From contig LSRY02000025.1 in NCBI GenBank assembly GCA_001643675.2, positions 186,001 to 250,000 of the forward strand: DNA of 64,000 bases. The letters are read 5' to 3'. Positions 1 through 12,400 of this stretch are shown one piece after another. Within the stretch, counting starts at the first letter, position 1, and every line of letters begins with the position of its first letter. This stretch comes from Monocercomonoides exilis PA203. Taxonomy: Eukaryota > Protista > Preaxostyla. Made by a program: the position numbers and the translations under genes. The notes under the pieces are model-generated. The model did not search any database, was not told the DNA's origin, and saw nothing but the letters and a program-made list of their open reading frames with translations.

Positions 1-651
1 ACACAAAATTATGATTCACAACCTGAAAATGCAGCAGCTGAAGCTTTAGTTAATGGGCGAAGAAGGGATGGAGTGATAAGCATGGTTTCTGTAGATCAAA
101 GCCAAAACAAAAGAAAAGTTGTGATTGAATCCACATTTGAATCGCTGCTGATATTACGAAAAAAGAGCAAAAGAAAGACCGAAGAGCAGAAACGTATTGA
201 CAGAATCAAAAGTATCAAAAGGCATGAAGAAATCAAAGCAAAAAGAGCCCAAAAGCTACAAAGGGAAAAAGAAAGGCATGAAAGATCGAGGCAGAAGTAC
301 AGAGAGAAGAAGGAGAAGGTTCAAAAGGAGAAAGAAGAGTTTGCACAGTTATCTCAGATTCTGGAGCAGATTGATTGTATGGGAGAGAGTGTGAAGAAGA
401 CAAAGCATTGTTCATCTTCTCGCAAGCAGACAACACCAAAAAGGAAAAATGAAGGAAATAAGAGAAATGTTTTGGCTGATCAGGAATTTATGAGCAGCAG
501 AAGGGAGATGATGGATTCATCTATGGCAAGTGAAAGCGCAGCAAATGATGCTTCTTTGGATGAAGAGCACCAAGTTGACGAATTAGAACGACTTTTATCA
601 ACGCTCACTTCAATTAGTTACTCGACAGATCCGTTAGAAGCAATTCAATGA
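1..651 (+). CDS. 3' end of a hypothetical charged/coiled-coil protein, 5'-truncated by the window
   Basis: Frame 1 is open from base 1 (TQNYDSQPENAAAE...) through the 73..651 ORF to TGA; K/E/R-rich helix; followed by AT-rich non-coding DNA. Confidence 0.7.
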   Translation, partial: TQNYDSQPENAAAEALVNGRRRDGVISMVSVDQSQNKRKVVIESTFESLLILRKKSKRKTEEQKRIDRIKSIKRHEEIKAKRAQKLQREKERHERSRQKYREKKEKVQKEKEEFAQLSQILEQIDCMGESVKKTKHCSSSRKQTTPKRKNEGNKRNVLADQEFMSSRREMMDSSMASESAANDASLDEEHQVDELERLLSTLTSISYSTDPLEAIQ

Positions 652-1212
652 AGAAAATATTCGTCTTATTTTTCATATGTGATAAATCGGTTATGTATTT
701 ATTATCTTCTTTTGTGATTAGAAATTTCATAGTTCGTTGATTTTGGATTGTATTTGATGTTTTTCATATAACTTTTTTCTGTTTCATTTTTCAATTTTAT
801 TGTTTTATTTGTTAGTTTTCTATGTTTGAATTAGCTGTTGAAAAAGAACAAAAAATCTTAATTTGTAACAGTGGAAAAGGTTTTTTTGGAAATGTTTAAA
901 AAGAAATGGTGAAGATGTTAAAAGAAATAAACAAAAACATTTTAAATTTACATAATCTGATGATTGTAATAACAATAATAATAATAATTAATGCATAAAT
1001 AGTTGTTTGCTTCCTTTAAAAAAATAGAGAAAAAACATAAATAGAGGCAAAAAAGGAAAACAAGAACAAAAAAATAATAAAGAATGTAATATCAAAAAAA
1101 TAAGTAGCGCAACATTAGCTTTTAACATATATAAAAATAAAACCAACAATTTCAATACAAATAGAAATGAAGAAATCGAAAGAATTGTTGTAATATCTCA
1201 TATTTCTCACAT

Positions 1213-3581
1213 TCACAGCTGCTTTTTTGACGCATCTGTCTCATATTCTTGCGAAATTGTCTGAGGAGGTGCTTTCTGTTGGCCTAACTGTTCTTCTTTG
1301 CCTTTGTGTGGGGACATCAATTTCTGAATCACCTCAGGCAAATCCAAATCTGTCTGGTCGAAATAATCTGGCACTTTCATTCCCAATGTGACAGATGCGA
1401 ATTTATACGCAATTTCGTTTTCCCCAAAAACATCTGCCTCGTTCATTTCTTCTTCTTCCAGTTCCTTCTGTCTCTGCTCTGCCTCCTGCCTCGACTTCTC
1501 CCGCTCAGCCAGCAGCTTCTCCATCTTCACTTTCCGTCTCTTTCTCCTCTCCGCCCTATCCAATTTGTCTTCTTCCTCATCTTCTTTGTCTTGTATCTGC
1601 TGGGCAAGGTCGTTTTGCATCCTCCGCAGTTGTGTAATCTTCCGAATTGCGATTAAAATGCAGATAAGCAGTATGATAAAGGCAGCCACACAGCAACAGA
1701 TAGAGATGGCCTCAAGAGAACTGAGGGGCACTGATGATGAGGTGGATCGTGAGAAATGAGCTGTCGATGAAAGAAATGAAGATCTGGAGAATTTGAATAT
1801 GAAATTTAGAGAGGAAAGAAACGAAGAGCGAATAGAATTACATAAAAGTGAAGTGTTTGTAAATAAATAATTCATCACAAAGGAGAATTCCCTTGACATC
1901 TTCAACAAAAAGCTGTTTGAGGTGGGTGAATTTGATTTTGATTTTGAATTTTTGGATATGTCTGACCGTATCAACCATTCATTGTGCACTTCTTTGTTGT
2001 TGCAGCCATCGTCCAGGCAAAATCCCGTTAATTCAATTGAGCCTTCTTCAGTGCTGTCAATACAATCAATAAGTTCTATTGATCGATTAAGTAACTTCAT
2101 GTTTGAATCAAACAGAATATCTGCAAATCCATCTTTAGCTGTGTTGTTAGTAAATGTGCATTCAAATATGTTTGTTCCATATTCAACAGTTTCATCGATG
2201 ATTTCCTCTGATTGACGAATGCTTATTGCTCCTCCATTCATTGCACTGTTGTTAATGAATGCAGTGTTTGAAATGGACAGTTTTATAACGTCTAAGCAAA
2301 AAATAGCACCTCCTTCCTTTGAAAAAGCTTCTTCAAACATTATTTTTTCACCTTCAATTTGTCCACAACTGCACTTTGAAAAAGACGAAGATTTGATGCT
2401 TATCGTTTCGCATCCAGTAGCAAATATAGTTCCACCTCTTCCATTTTTGCTCATGGTATTTTGAAATAACGAATCTTTGATGTAAAGCGAAACAGAATTA
2501 AAATTACTAGCGTTCCTGCTGATGACTTTTCTCCCAGTAATAAATAAAGCTCCTCCTTCATCTTCAGTCCAGCAGTCAATGATTGTACACGAAAATAAAG
2601 AAATATCAACAGTATTAAGATGTGAGTCTTTGTCCTTCGATTCGATATGCAATACACTTCCTCTCTTTGCGCTCATCTTCTGGAAGGTACAAAATGAGTA
2701 TGATATATTCCTGTGTTGCAATGGTTGATCGCTATCAAGTGAATAAAAAGCTGAAGTATGTCTATTATTTTCTAATTCAGTCGTTTGATGCTGATGGATG
2801 TTCGAAAAAGTAGTGTTCGAAAAAGCATATGTTGAGACTTGATTCCAATCGGGAAGAATATTCCCCATTGGGTGAATAACTCCATCGGTAAATGTGCATC
2901 CTTCAACTGTAAATAGTTGAGTGGTGTAATTTTTGATTTCTATGTCGTTCTTTTTTGTGTTGCGATCTGCAATGGAGGAAATATTTGAATAAAAACAATT
3001 TGTCATATGAACATTGCTTATCATATTGAACTTTTTCAATAATATTTGATGAAATAACTCTACGTTTTTATAATTAATATTCAATGCATTAATCTCTCCT
3101 CCAAGTTTTCCAATATTAAGAAGAGAAGTGATTGGAAACAATTTCTTGAATGAATTTGTAGAAATGTTGTTGATTGTGAGAGTTCCGCCATTCACATCAA
3201 ACAAGCATCCGTTTGATTCTCTTTTAAATAAAGTTGAGTCTTCTACAATAACTTTTGAATTTTTAGTGCACCAATAGCAGCGCTTTGTTCACAGGGAGAA
3301 AGAATAATTGCGTCAAGGATTACCGAGGAATTTTCAACTGTAATAAAATGAATCTTCTCATCATCATTGCATGATATAAATGCTTTCTGATCTGAAATCT
3401 CTTGGGATTTTTCAGAAACAAATATTCCATTGGTTAAAATTTGTTTGTTTTTCAAATTTAATGTCTGGAATTCATTGAGATGTCTTGACCGGGAAATACA
3501 AGCATCAGTTAACAATATGTTGAAGTCACTTGCTGAATTCAGACACAATAATAGCATCACCAAGCAATAAATATGATTCAT
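1213..3581 (-). CDS. Type-I membrane surface protein with GGA-repeat (pectin-lyase/Pmp-like beta-helix) ectodomain; one frameshift
   Basis: Signal-like MNHIYCLVMLLLCLNSAS from ATG 3581. ORFs 3243..3590 and 1213..3204 join if one base is added to the T5 run at 3260-3264 (..IGALK-NSKVIVEDSTLFKRESNGCLFDVNGG). GGALF/GGTIF/GGAIF/GGAIS motifs, TM ISICCCVAAFIILLICILIAI, charged cytoplasmic tail. Confidence 0.8.
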
Positions 3582-3764
3582 CACTTCCAATAACTTTATA
3601 TGGTATAGATCATTTTTAATTTTTATTCTATTTGTCTTATCATTAAAGCTTGATTCTTTTTGGAATAATTCACGAAGTTAATTTAACACATGTTTTCTTT
3701 TTCTTTTTAAATTTTGTGTCTTGAGCATATGACAACAAATTAATTATGAAAAAATAGAAATGAG

Positions 3765-3807
<43 letters not shown>
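3765..3807 (+). repeat. Poly-A tract (43 nt)
   Basis: Uninterrupted A run. Confidence 0.95.
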
Positions 3808-3808
<1 letters not shown>

Positions 3809-3984
3809 ATGTCTTAATTGCCGATTGAGCTTTGAAAATATTATTATTTATTTCGTTTTTGGATTTGACTAATATAAGTGTGGAATTTTGGTTTTGTTAA
3901 CGATCTTCTTGAACAAAGTTTATTGTTATTCAAATAATTTGTTTTGTTCAAAATATAGTTAAAAATAAGGAGGTCTTGATCATA

Positions 3985-4747
3985 CACCATTTATTATTCA
4001 AAATTAATAAACTAATTATTCGATTTTGGTAAACTTATTATTCGAAATTAATATTATTGAGTATTTTTTTAAAAAAAATTTTTTGTGAAAAATTGGTTTT
4101 TGGCTGAATGTTAGAAAGTGATTAAATTATTTTGTTTTTTCATTATTCTTAAAAAAGATGAAAAATTGAATCCAGATTTTTGTAATTTGTTAATAAACAT
4201 GAAATTTATTGATATTTCAGAAAAATGACATCTTCGTGGGAATCGGACAATTTTCAAATGAACTAACCTCACATTGTTTGATGACACATCATTCAAAGGA
4301 TATTAGTTGAATCGATTCCGTAAACTGAATTCAAATATTTTTCTATATTGAATTAATCCATGAATGCACTTTTATGATTCTTCATTTGTTTTTATTGATC
4401 TTCTGAATATATTTATATATAAAAAATTTTCTTGATTGAATGATGTGTCATCAAACAATGTGAGGTTAGTTCATTTGAAAATTGTCCGATTCCCACGAAG
4501 ATGTCATTTTTCTGAAATATCAATAAATTTCATGTTTATTAACAAATTACAAAAATCTGGATTCAATTTTTCATCTTTTTTAAGAATAATGAAAAAACAA
4601 AATAATTTAATCACTTTCTAACATTCAGCCAAAAACCAATTTTTCACAAAAAAATTTTTTTAAAAAAATACTCAATAATATTAATTTCGAATAATAAGTT
4701 TACCAAAATCGAATAATTAGTTTATTAATTTTGAATAATAAATGGTG
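3985..4747. repeat. Long near-perfect inverted repeat (arms 3985-4296 and 4436-4747, 312 bp each; 139-bp spacer)
   Basis: Identical 61-aa ORFs on opposite strands (4111..4296 -, 4436..4621 +). Arms are reverse complements; one mismatch seen in a T/A homopolymer block. Ends CACC...GGTG, flanked on both sides by CATA. Confidence 0.95.
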
Positions 4748-5878
4748 CATATGTTCACTTTTCAGTGTTCATTTGTTGACATTCAAAAGAAATTTTCGGA
4801 CCGAAAATTTTGTTTGAAAAAAATAGGATTTCAAAAATAATCACCAACTTTTTTATGCAATCTCCATTTAGATCAAACATTTATTTTTGAAACAGTTGAA
4901 AAGAATTTTGTGTTTTTATTCAAAATCTTTTCCCAATGACAAACAATCTTTGAAAAATCAATACCCCGAATGAAGTTATTATTCCAAAAATAATGATCCA
5001 AGTGTTTGTGAGCAATGGCTTTAAATGTTAGTTAATTACGTTAATTTCATTTTGAAACATTCATTTCTGAATTTTCTATGCAACGAAATTATAAAGGGAA
5101 AACTTTCATCCATAATCTGAATGAATAGCAGTGATAATCACATGGTAATAATATTGAAAAATTGTAGAAAAAAATCAAAGATATCATTTTTTCGTTTGAA
5201 TTGCATATTGAAATAATATTCTTAATAAAAAATTTGATGGTTTTTTGAAATTGAACAAATTCATTCACATTCTTCATTATTTTTGCGAAGAAAAATAACT
5301 TAATGAATAAAGAAAAACGTTAAATTCATTTGATTGAAGAACAATTTTTTTTTTATAAATAATAATTCAAAAAATACTTGGGAATATATTTTGCTTCAGA
5401 TACGAAATTCACAAAAAATATGGTGATCATTTTTGAAACAATTTTATTTTGTGAAAAAGTTCTATTGGAAATTTTCATTTTTGTATTTATCAGATAACTC
5501 CTCAATGTTATAACATCTTTCGAAAATAGTTTTTTCATGAATATTTTCTCAAACATTGTCATTAAAATCAATTATTGTACTATTTTTGGTGTGTAAATTC
5601 TTCTTTGTTCATATTTTTTTGGAGTGGAATAATTCATTCAATAGAAGAAAAAATTGCAATAAAAATAATCATTCAATCACCAAATTTTGAAAATGCACAG
5701 TTTATAAGAATAAACGTTGATATACAATTTTAAATAATTAACCAAAATGAAATTAAATCAAAATATTTTTTTTTAAAAGCAGATTTGAAAAATTCATAAG
5801 GATTAAATGAAAAAATTATGAAAATATTTCGTAGATGTAAAATATAGAACATACAGAAAAAAGGCTGTTTTCCAACAA

Positions 5879-5952
5879 GCCCACCTAGCTCAGTTTGGTA
5901 GAGCGTTCGGCTTTTAACCGAACGGTCAAGGGTTCGAGTCCCTTGGTGGGCG
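5879..5952 (+). tRNA. trnK-UUU: tRNA-Lys (anticodon TTT)
   Basis: GCCCACC/GGTGGGC acceptor stem, D arm TAGCTCAGTTTGGTAGAGC, anticodon arm TTCGG-CTTTTAA-CCGAA, T arm AAGGG-TTCGAGT-CCCTT; no encoded CCA; T-run (Pol III terminator) at 5956-5960. Confidence 0.97.
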
Positions 5953-6445
5953 TCCTTTTTGATAGATTGCTTTTTTTCTATTGAATGAAGAAAATATCAA
6001 GAATTCAATTAAACTGTTTTTGAATAGTGTTTGAAAAAGTGATAAGTGTGAGATTAAAGAGATAAAAAGTTCAAAATCAAAAACGAGAGGAATTTATTGA
6101 TGATATTCTTTCTAATTCTCTTGAAATTTTTTTTGTCTTGTGTTTTGATCATCAATCAATTTTTTCAACAAAAATATGTTATGAATTAAGGATGTTAAAT
6201 TATTATAAATTTACTCTTGTCTTTGGAGCAAATTGGTGAAATATCTTCTGAAAGCTTTTCAGAATTAACTTTCAATGAGAGACAAGAGTAAAATAATTCA
6301 AAATTGAATAAATTTCATTCGCTTTTTCATTGAGATAATTTTGCTATATAAATATCATTCTTTGAAGAAATGCCTATTTAACTACAAAACAAAAAAGAAT
6401 AAATGAAGTGCCTTTAACTGAAAACTTTTTCTTAAAAAATAATGC

Positions 6446-9400
6446 TCAAATTGTATTCTGTTCGTCAAATACTTCATCCAAAACTGAGTCAAGAAGTGTT
6501 TTCACCTTTGTTTCACAGAATAATGTTATCAAAGATGTATAGCTGCCTCCCTCAGGAACACAACCCCTCTCATCAACACACTCGCTCCACCATTCTCCCC
6601 ATTCTCTTTTGCACTCCTGCGAAAGCACCTCATCCAGCGCAATGTCTTTCTCGTTCTCGCCTTCGCCTCCTTCGTCTTCTCGGCACAGCTCCTCCACAAC
6701 CTCTGCAACCTCTTCCCCAAATGTGCTTGTTCGCTTTTCTGTTCTGTCTTCGGTTCCCCACACATCATAGTCATCTTTGTCGTAGTCTTCGTCTTCCCCT
6801 TTTCCTTCTTTGTCTTCTTTGCCTTCTGCCATCTCCTTCTTTCTCCTCCCTTTCACAATAAGCTCCGCCAGGCTTTCACGTGCTTTTCCAATCAAAACCT
6901 GCGGAAGATGAATTCCTCTGCTCATTTGCTTTTTTTCTCTGTTCTCGCATTTCTCGGTCCTCTCGTTCCCTGCTGAAGACATCTCTTTCATCGAAAATGC
7001 TCTTGTTTCTCCCAAAAGTCCTGTCACACCAAGCGAAAAGCAGAGCGCTTGCTGCTGCTGTTGATCAGCAAATCTGCTCCCGACTTCATTTATTTGCGAG
7101 GTCAGATAATTTCTGAACCGTTTTGTGCTTATCAAAATCTCGTTTCGTGCAATCCCACTTTCTGCTCTGCTGTTTCCATCAAACAAACTCCTCTGTGTCT
7201 TTTTGTTGCTTGGCATTGGCCACATCTCGTCTCCTCCTTCAAACTTCCTTTTCACATTTGTCTGTTGAATGTCTTGTTTCAATTCTATTGCACTTTTATC
7301 TTTACTGTTGTAATTGCTGCTGCTGGCTCCATTGGCATTTTTGCTTCTGTTGTTCTTCACTCCATAGAGAGTAATCACATCCATTCCACACAGCACATGT
7401 TTTTCTCCCACCCGCTCAGCCATCTCCACACTCACTTTGTGCCTTAAAGAGCTGATTTGAGAGGCAGAGCTAGCAGTTTTGTGTGAGTAATTCCTTTGTG
7501 CAATGGAAGGCAAATTATCAGTTGCAGGTGATGTGTGTGAAAGAAACGGCGTTGAAAGTGCAGAAAGAGAAGAAAGTGGATGATTATATTTGCCAATTGC
7601 TGAGGTGTTTGCCGCAATAATCTGCTGTGACGGAAGCGTCATTGACAAAGGCGCAGGCAGAGGAGACGAGGCAAAGGGAGGCTGTTGAGATGACGTGGAA
7701 AGCGAGCGAAATGCAGAGACGGTGAGTGTGGTGTTCAAGCGGACAGGAAGAACTGAAGTGATTGAGGCAGGTTGATGTACAGAGCAACCAGAATAGCGGC
7801 TTCCCAATGCTTTTTGCTTCAGAAGCGACAAAATGTGCGAGGGAACAGAAAGCGTCTCTTCCTCTTCTTCCAAACTCATCTTCCTCCATTTCCCTTCTTC
7901 CGCTCCCCCAAACAGCTTAGCAGTTCCTTCTTCTTCTCCTTTTGCCTGTTCACCTTTGCTTTCATTTTTAAATTGACTGCCAAATTCCTCTGTGCTACTA
8001 ACTCTTCCAACAGATTCTTCAATTTCTTCAAACACATTGCACGCAACATCTCGAATCGCTTTCCATATTCTCACCTCGTTTTCATTCAGTTCATTCTTCT
8101 TCTTGTCTTTCTCCGTTTTTTGGAGAATTTCAGCACTGCTATTTGGATTTTCATTGTCTTTGCTGCCATTTTGATTCCTTTTCTCGTTTTGGCCGATCAG
8201 TCTGCGTATTTTCAGCATAAGCAGCGTTCTGAACTCTTCCATTCCAACAATCCCTTTCGACTCTGCATGATTCGCATACACAACCTTCACATTTCTTTGC
8301 ATTCTGTTGCTATTATTAATATTATTAATATTATTATTGTTATAACATCCCATCTTCCCCATCTCATTCCCTTCCTCTGCGCCAAAACTTCTGTTCCCAA
8401 ACGCATCCACATTCGACCGCACTGAAAGAGTTACACTGCTGCTCGTTGTTGTCCCACTGAACGGCAGAGAAGAACCCGTCGTCGCCAGCAGCTGCTGGCT
8501 CATCAGCACATTCTGATTGAACGGAGATTCCAGTGCATCTGCTCCTTGTTGTATTCTTTGTTTTTCCTTTTCCTTGTCTTCTAGTTGCGTTCCTGGCTGT
8601 GATAGCAGCATTCCATCGTTTGGCTCCAATGAAAGCTCGCATATGGAGTCAAGGCTGGTGTTGTGGAGAAGAAGAGAGCGAAGAGGAGAACGATAAGTCG
8701 CACTAAGTGTATCAGTTATTCCAGCAACGATTGAATTGTTAGAAGTGGAAGTGGAAGTGGAAGAAGAAGAAGAAGAAATAAATGAAGTGGAAGAGGAAGA
8801 AGAATAAGGGGAAGAACCAGAAGAAGGTTGAAAAGGACCCCTGGGAGAGATGAAAGAGAGAGATTTCGAAAGATAATCAGTCACTTCTGCTGCTCCTGCC
8901 CTCGCACTTTTCAAAGGCGTTGTTGAAATAGCTTCGTTTTCTTCACTTCCATCTTCATTTTTCTCTTTGCTCAAAAACAGATTTGCTTCTTTTGCTCCAA
9001 ATTCTTTCCTCTTCCCACCTCCGCTGCTCAAACCCAGCAGTTCATTGCGTCTTTGTTCTCTTCCGCTCTCCTTCTCCTCTTTTATTTCTCGTTTCCCTTT
9101 CATTCTGTCCTCCGAAAGCGCCCATGTCATCTGCATGTGCAGCTCACCCGCATTCATCCCGTCCATCTCATCCGTCTCTTCCTCACCTCTTTTCATCCCC
9201 ATCCCTTCTGAACTCTTCACATATCCGTTTCCTCCTCCTCTTCCTCCTCCTTCATTTCCATTCCCTTTCCCTTTCTCTTTCTTCCTGTTCCTCATCTCCC
9301 TCATCTCCCTCAACCACGCTCCAGATGCCAGCTCCTCCTTCAGCTGCTTCCTCTTCCTCTCCTTCAGAATCGATTGAACGGTCTCTTCAATCAGCACTTC

Positions 9401-12400
9401 CACATTCACTTTCTCCTTTCTCACTTTCCCATCGTCATTTTCGTTGAAATCGATAAATTCGTCGATTTTTGCCTCTTCTTCATCATTTTGCATGGAATCT
9501 TCTTCTTTTGCTAATTCATTCTCTTCTTCTTTCTCTTCTTCTTTCTCTTTCTCCTTCTCTTCTTCTTTCTCCTCAACAATTTTTGCTTCATCTTCTTCCT
9601 TCTCTTTTGTTACATCGCTTTCATCTTTCTTCTTCTCATCTTCCGTTTTCTCTTCTTCTTCTTCTTCTTCTTCTTTTTCTGTTTTCGATTCTGCTTTCTT
9701 CTCTTCTTCTTCCTCCATTTCCAGTTTTTGTGCTTCTTTCATTATTTCGTCATCATCATCAACGAAATCATCATCTTCATCATTGTCTTTCTTTTCCTCT
9801 TCTTTTTCTTCAATGTTTTTTTCATTCTCCTTCACCTCATCAGAAATTTCATCTTCTTCTTTCTCTTTCTCTTCCTCCTTCTCCTTCTCCTTCTCCTCCT
9901 TCTCCTTCTCCTTCTCTCCCTCTCCCTCTTCCTCTCCCTCTTTCTCCTTTCCATCATCTTTAACTTCTTCCATACCATCTTCAGATTTCGGTATTGTAAA
10001 TGGCACAAAATCTTCATCATCTTCTTCATTTTTATCTGCAAATTCATCTTTCTTTTCTTCTTCTTCTTCTTCTTCTTCTTCGTTTTTGTTGCTTTTGTTG
10101 TTATTTTCAGCGTCTTTTGCATTTTCCTTTTCATTTTCTGTTAAATCTTCGTCTTTCCATTCATCTTCCTCTTCATCATCTCCTTCTTTCTCTTTCTCTT
10201 TCTCTTCTTTCTCATCTTTTTTATCTTTTTTATCTTTTTTGTTTTCTTCCTCTTCTTTCTCCTTCGCCTTTCCGATTTCTTCAATGAATTGATCTGATTC
10301 AAGCGAAGAAGCTAATTTCCCATCCAAAATAGACCCAAACGCATGAAAATTATCGTCTTCATCGTTTTCTGTCTCTTTGCTTTCATCAAATTCATCTTCA
10401 TCATCTTCTTCTTTTCCCTCCTCCTCTTCTTCTTTCTCCTCTTCTTTTTCTTCTTTTTCTTCTTTTTGTTCATCAAAACTCAATTTTTCTTCTTCTTCTG
10501 TTTGTTTTTCTTCTTTTTCATTTCCTTTTTCTCCAATTTCTTCTTCTGCCTCCACCCCACTTTCGAAATCAAGTTCATAAACATCATTTTCTGCTTCTTC
10601 TTTTTCTCGATTTCTTTCTTCTTCTTCTTCTTCCTCTCTTCTTCTTTCTTCTTCCTCTTCTTCTTCTTCCTTTCGTTTCCTCTCTTCTTCCTCTTCCTTT
10701 CTAATTCTTTCCTCTTCTTCTTCTTTCTTTCTTCTTTCTTCCTCCTCTTCTTCCTCTTTTCTTCTTCTTTCTTCCTCTTCCTCTTCCTCTTCCTCTCTTT
10801 TCAATCTTTCTTCTTCTTCTTCTTTAATTCGTTCTTCTTCTCTTCTTCTCTCTTCCTCCTTCAATCTTTCTTCTTCTCTTTGCCTTTCTTCCTCCTCTTC
10901 TCTTTCTTCTTCCTCTCTTCTAATTCGTTCTTCTTCCTCTTCTCTTCTTCTTCTTTCTTCCTCTTCTCTCTCTCTCTCTTCTTCTTCTCTTCTCTTTCTT
11001 TCCTCTTCCTCTCTTTGCATTTCCAACTGCCTCTGCCTTTCTTCCTCTTCTTCTCTTTCTTTTTCTTTTCTCACCCTTTCTTCTTCTTCTTCTTCTTCTC
11101 TTTTCCTTCTCTCTTCTTCTCTCTTCCTTTCTTCCTCTCTCAATCTTTCTATTTCTTTCTGTCTTTCTTCCTCTCTTTTTCTTTCTTCCTCTTCTTCTCT
11201 TAGCCTTTCCTCTTCTCTTTCTCTTTCTTCTTTTCGCTTTCTATCTTCTTCTTCTTCTTTTCGCTTTCTTTCTTCTTCTTCTTCTTCTCTTCTTCTTCTT
11301 TCCTCCTCTTCTCTTTCTCTTTCTCTTTCTCTTTCTCTTTCTTCTTCTTCTCTTCTCCTCTCTTCTTCCCTCAATCTTTCCTCTTCTTTCAATCTTTCTT
11401 CCTCTTCCTTCCTCAGCCTTTCTGCTTCTCTTTCCCTTTCTTCTTCTTCTTCTTCTTCTCTTCTTCTTTCCTCTTCTTCTTCTCTTCTTTTCCTCTCTTC
11501 CTCTTCTCTTCTTCTTTCTTCCTCTTCCTCTTCCTTTCTTAGTCGTTCCTCTTCTTCTGCTCTTAACCTCTCTTCCTCTTCTCTTTTCCTTTCCTCTTCC
11601 TCTTCTTCTTTCAATCTTTCTTCTTCTCTTCTTCTTTCTTCTTCTTTTAATCTTTCTTCTTCTCTTTCTCTTTCTCTTTCTCTTTCTCTTTCCTCTTCCT
11701 CTTTAAAGTTTTCATCTTCCATGTCCCACACAAAATCCTCGTTTTCTTCGCTTTCTTTCTCATTTTGTTCCCAATTCATCTCTTCTTCATCGTTTCCTTC
11801 CTTTTCATCAGCTTCTGCTTCTTTTATTTCTTTTTCATCACCTTCTTCTTCTTTTTTTTCTTTCTCTTTCTCTTCTTCTTCTTCTTCTTCATTTTGAACT
11901 TCATCTTTATCTTCGAATTGCTCATTCATTTCTTCTTCTTCTTCTTCATCAACAAAATCATTCTTATTATCTTCATCAATCTCTTCATCCTTTTTCACAT
12001 CTTCTTCCTCTTCTTCTTTTCCTTCTTTATCTTCTTCTTTTCCTTCATTTTCTCCTTCTACTTCTTTTTCTCCTTCTCCTTCTTCTCTGCTCTCTTCCTC
12101 TCCCATCACAACAAAGTCCTCATCTTCCATATCGTTCCAGTTTTTCTTCTCTTCTTTCTCTTCTTTCTCTTCTTCTCTATCTGCTTCATTGTTGTTATGC
12201 TCCCATTCTTCTTCTGGCTCAAATTGGTTTTCTATTTCTTCTCCTTCTCCTTCTCCTTTCTCTTCTCTTTCTTCTTCTCTTTCTTCTTCTCGTTTTTCTC
12301 CTTCTTTTTCTTCTTCTTCCTCTTCTTCCTCTCCATTTCTATGTGAATTTCCTTCAACCGTTCGATTTGAATCTATTTCCACTGCCATTTGCTCTGTCTG

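Noticed and set aside
3686-3820. A43 tract as the tail of a retroposed insertion
   Set aside because: No convincing target-site duplication (only a short ACATGT match) and no recognisable SINE or mRNA body upstream.
4111-4621. Twin identical 61-aa ORFs (and twin 62-aa ORFs at 50606 and 51751) as duplicated small genes
   Set aside because: TTG starts, AT-biased composition, no motifs; by-products of the inverted repeats.
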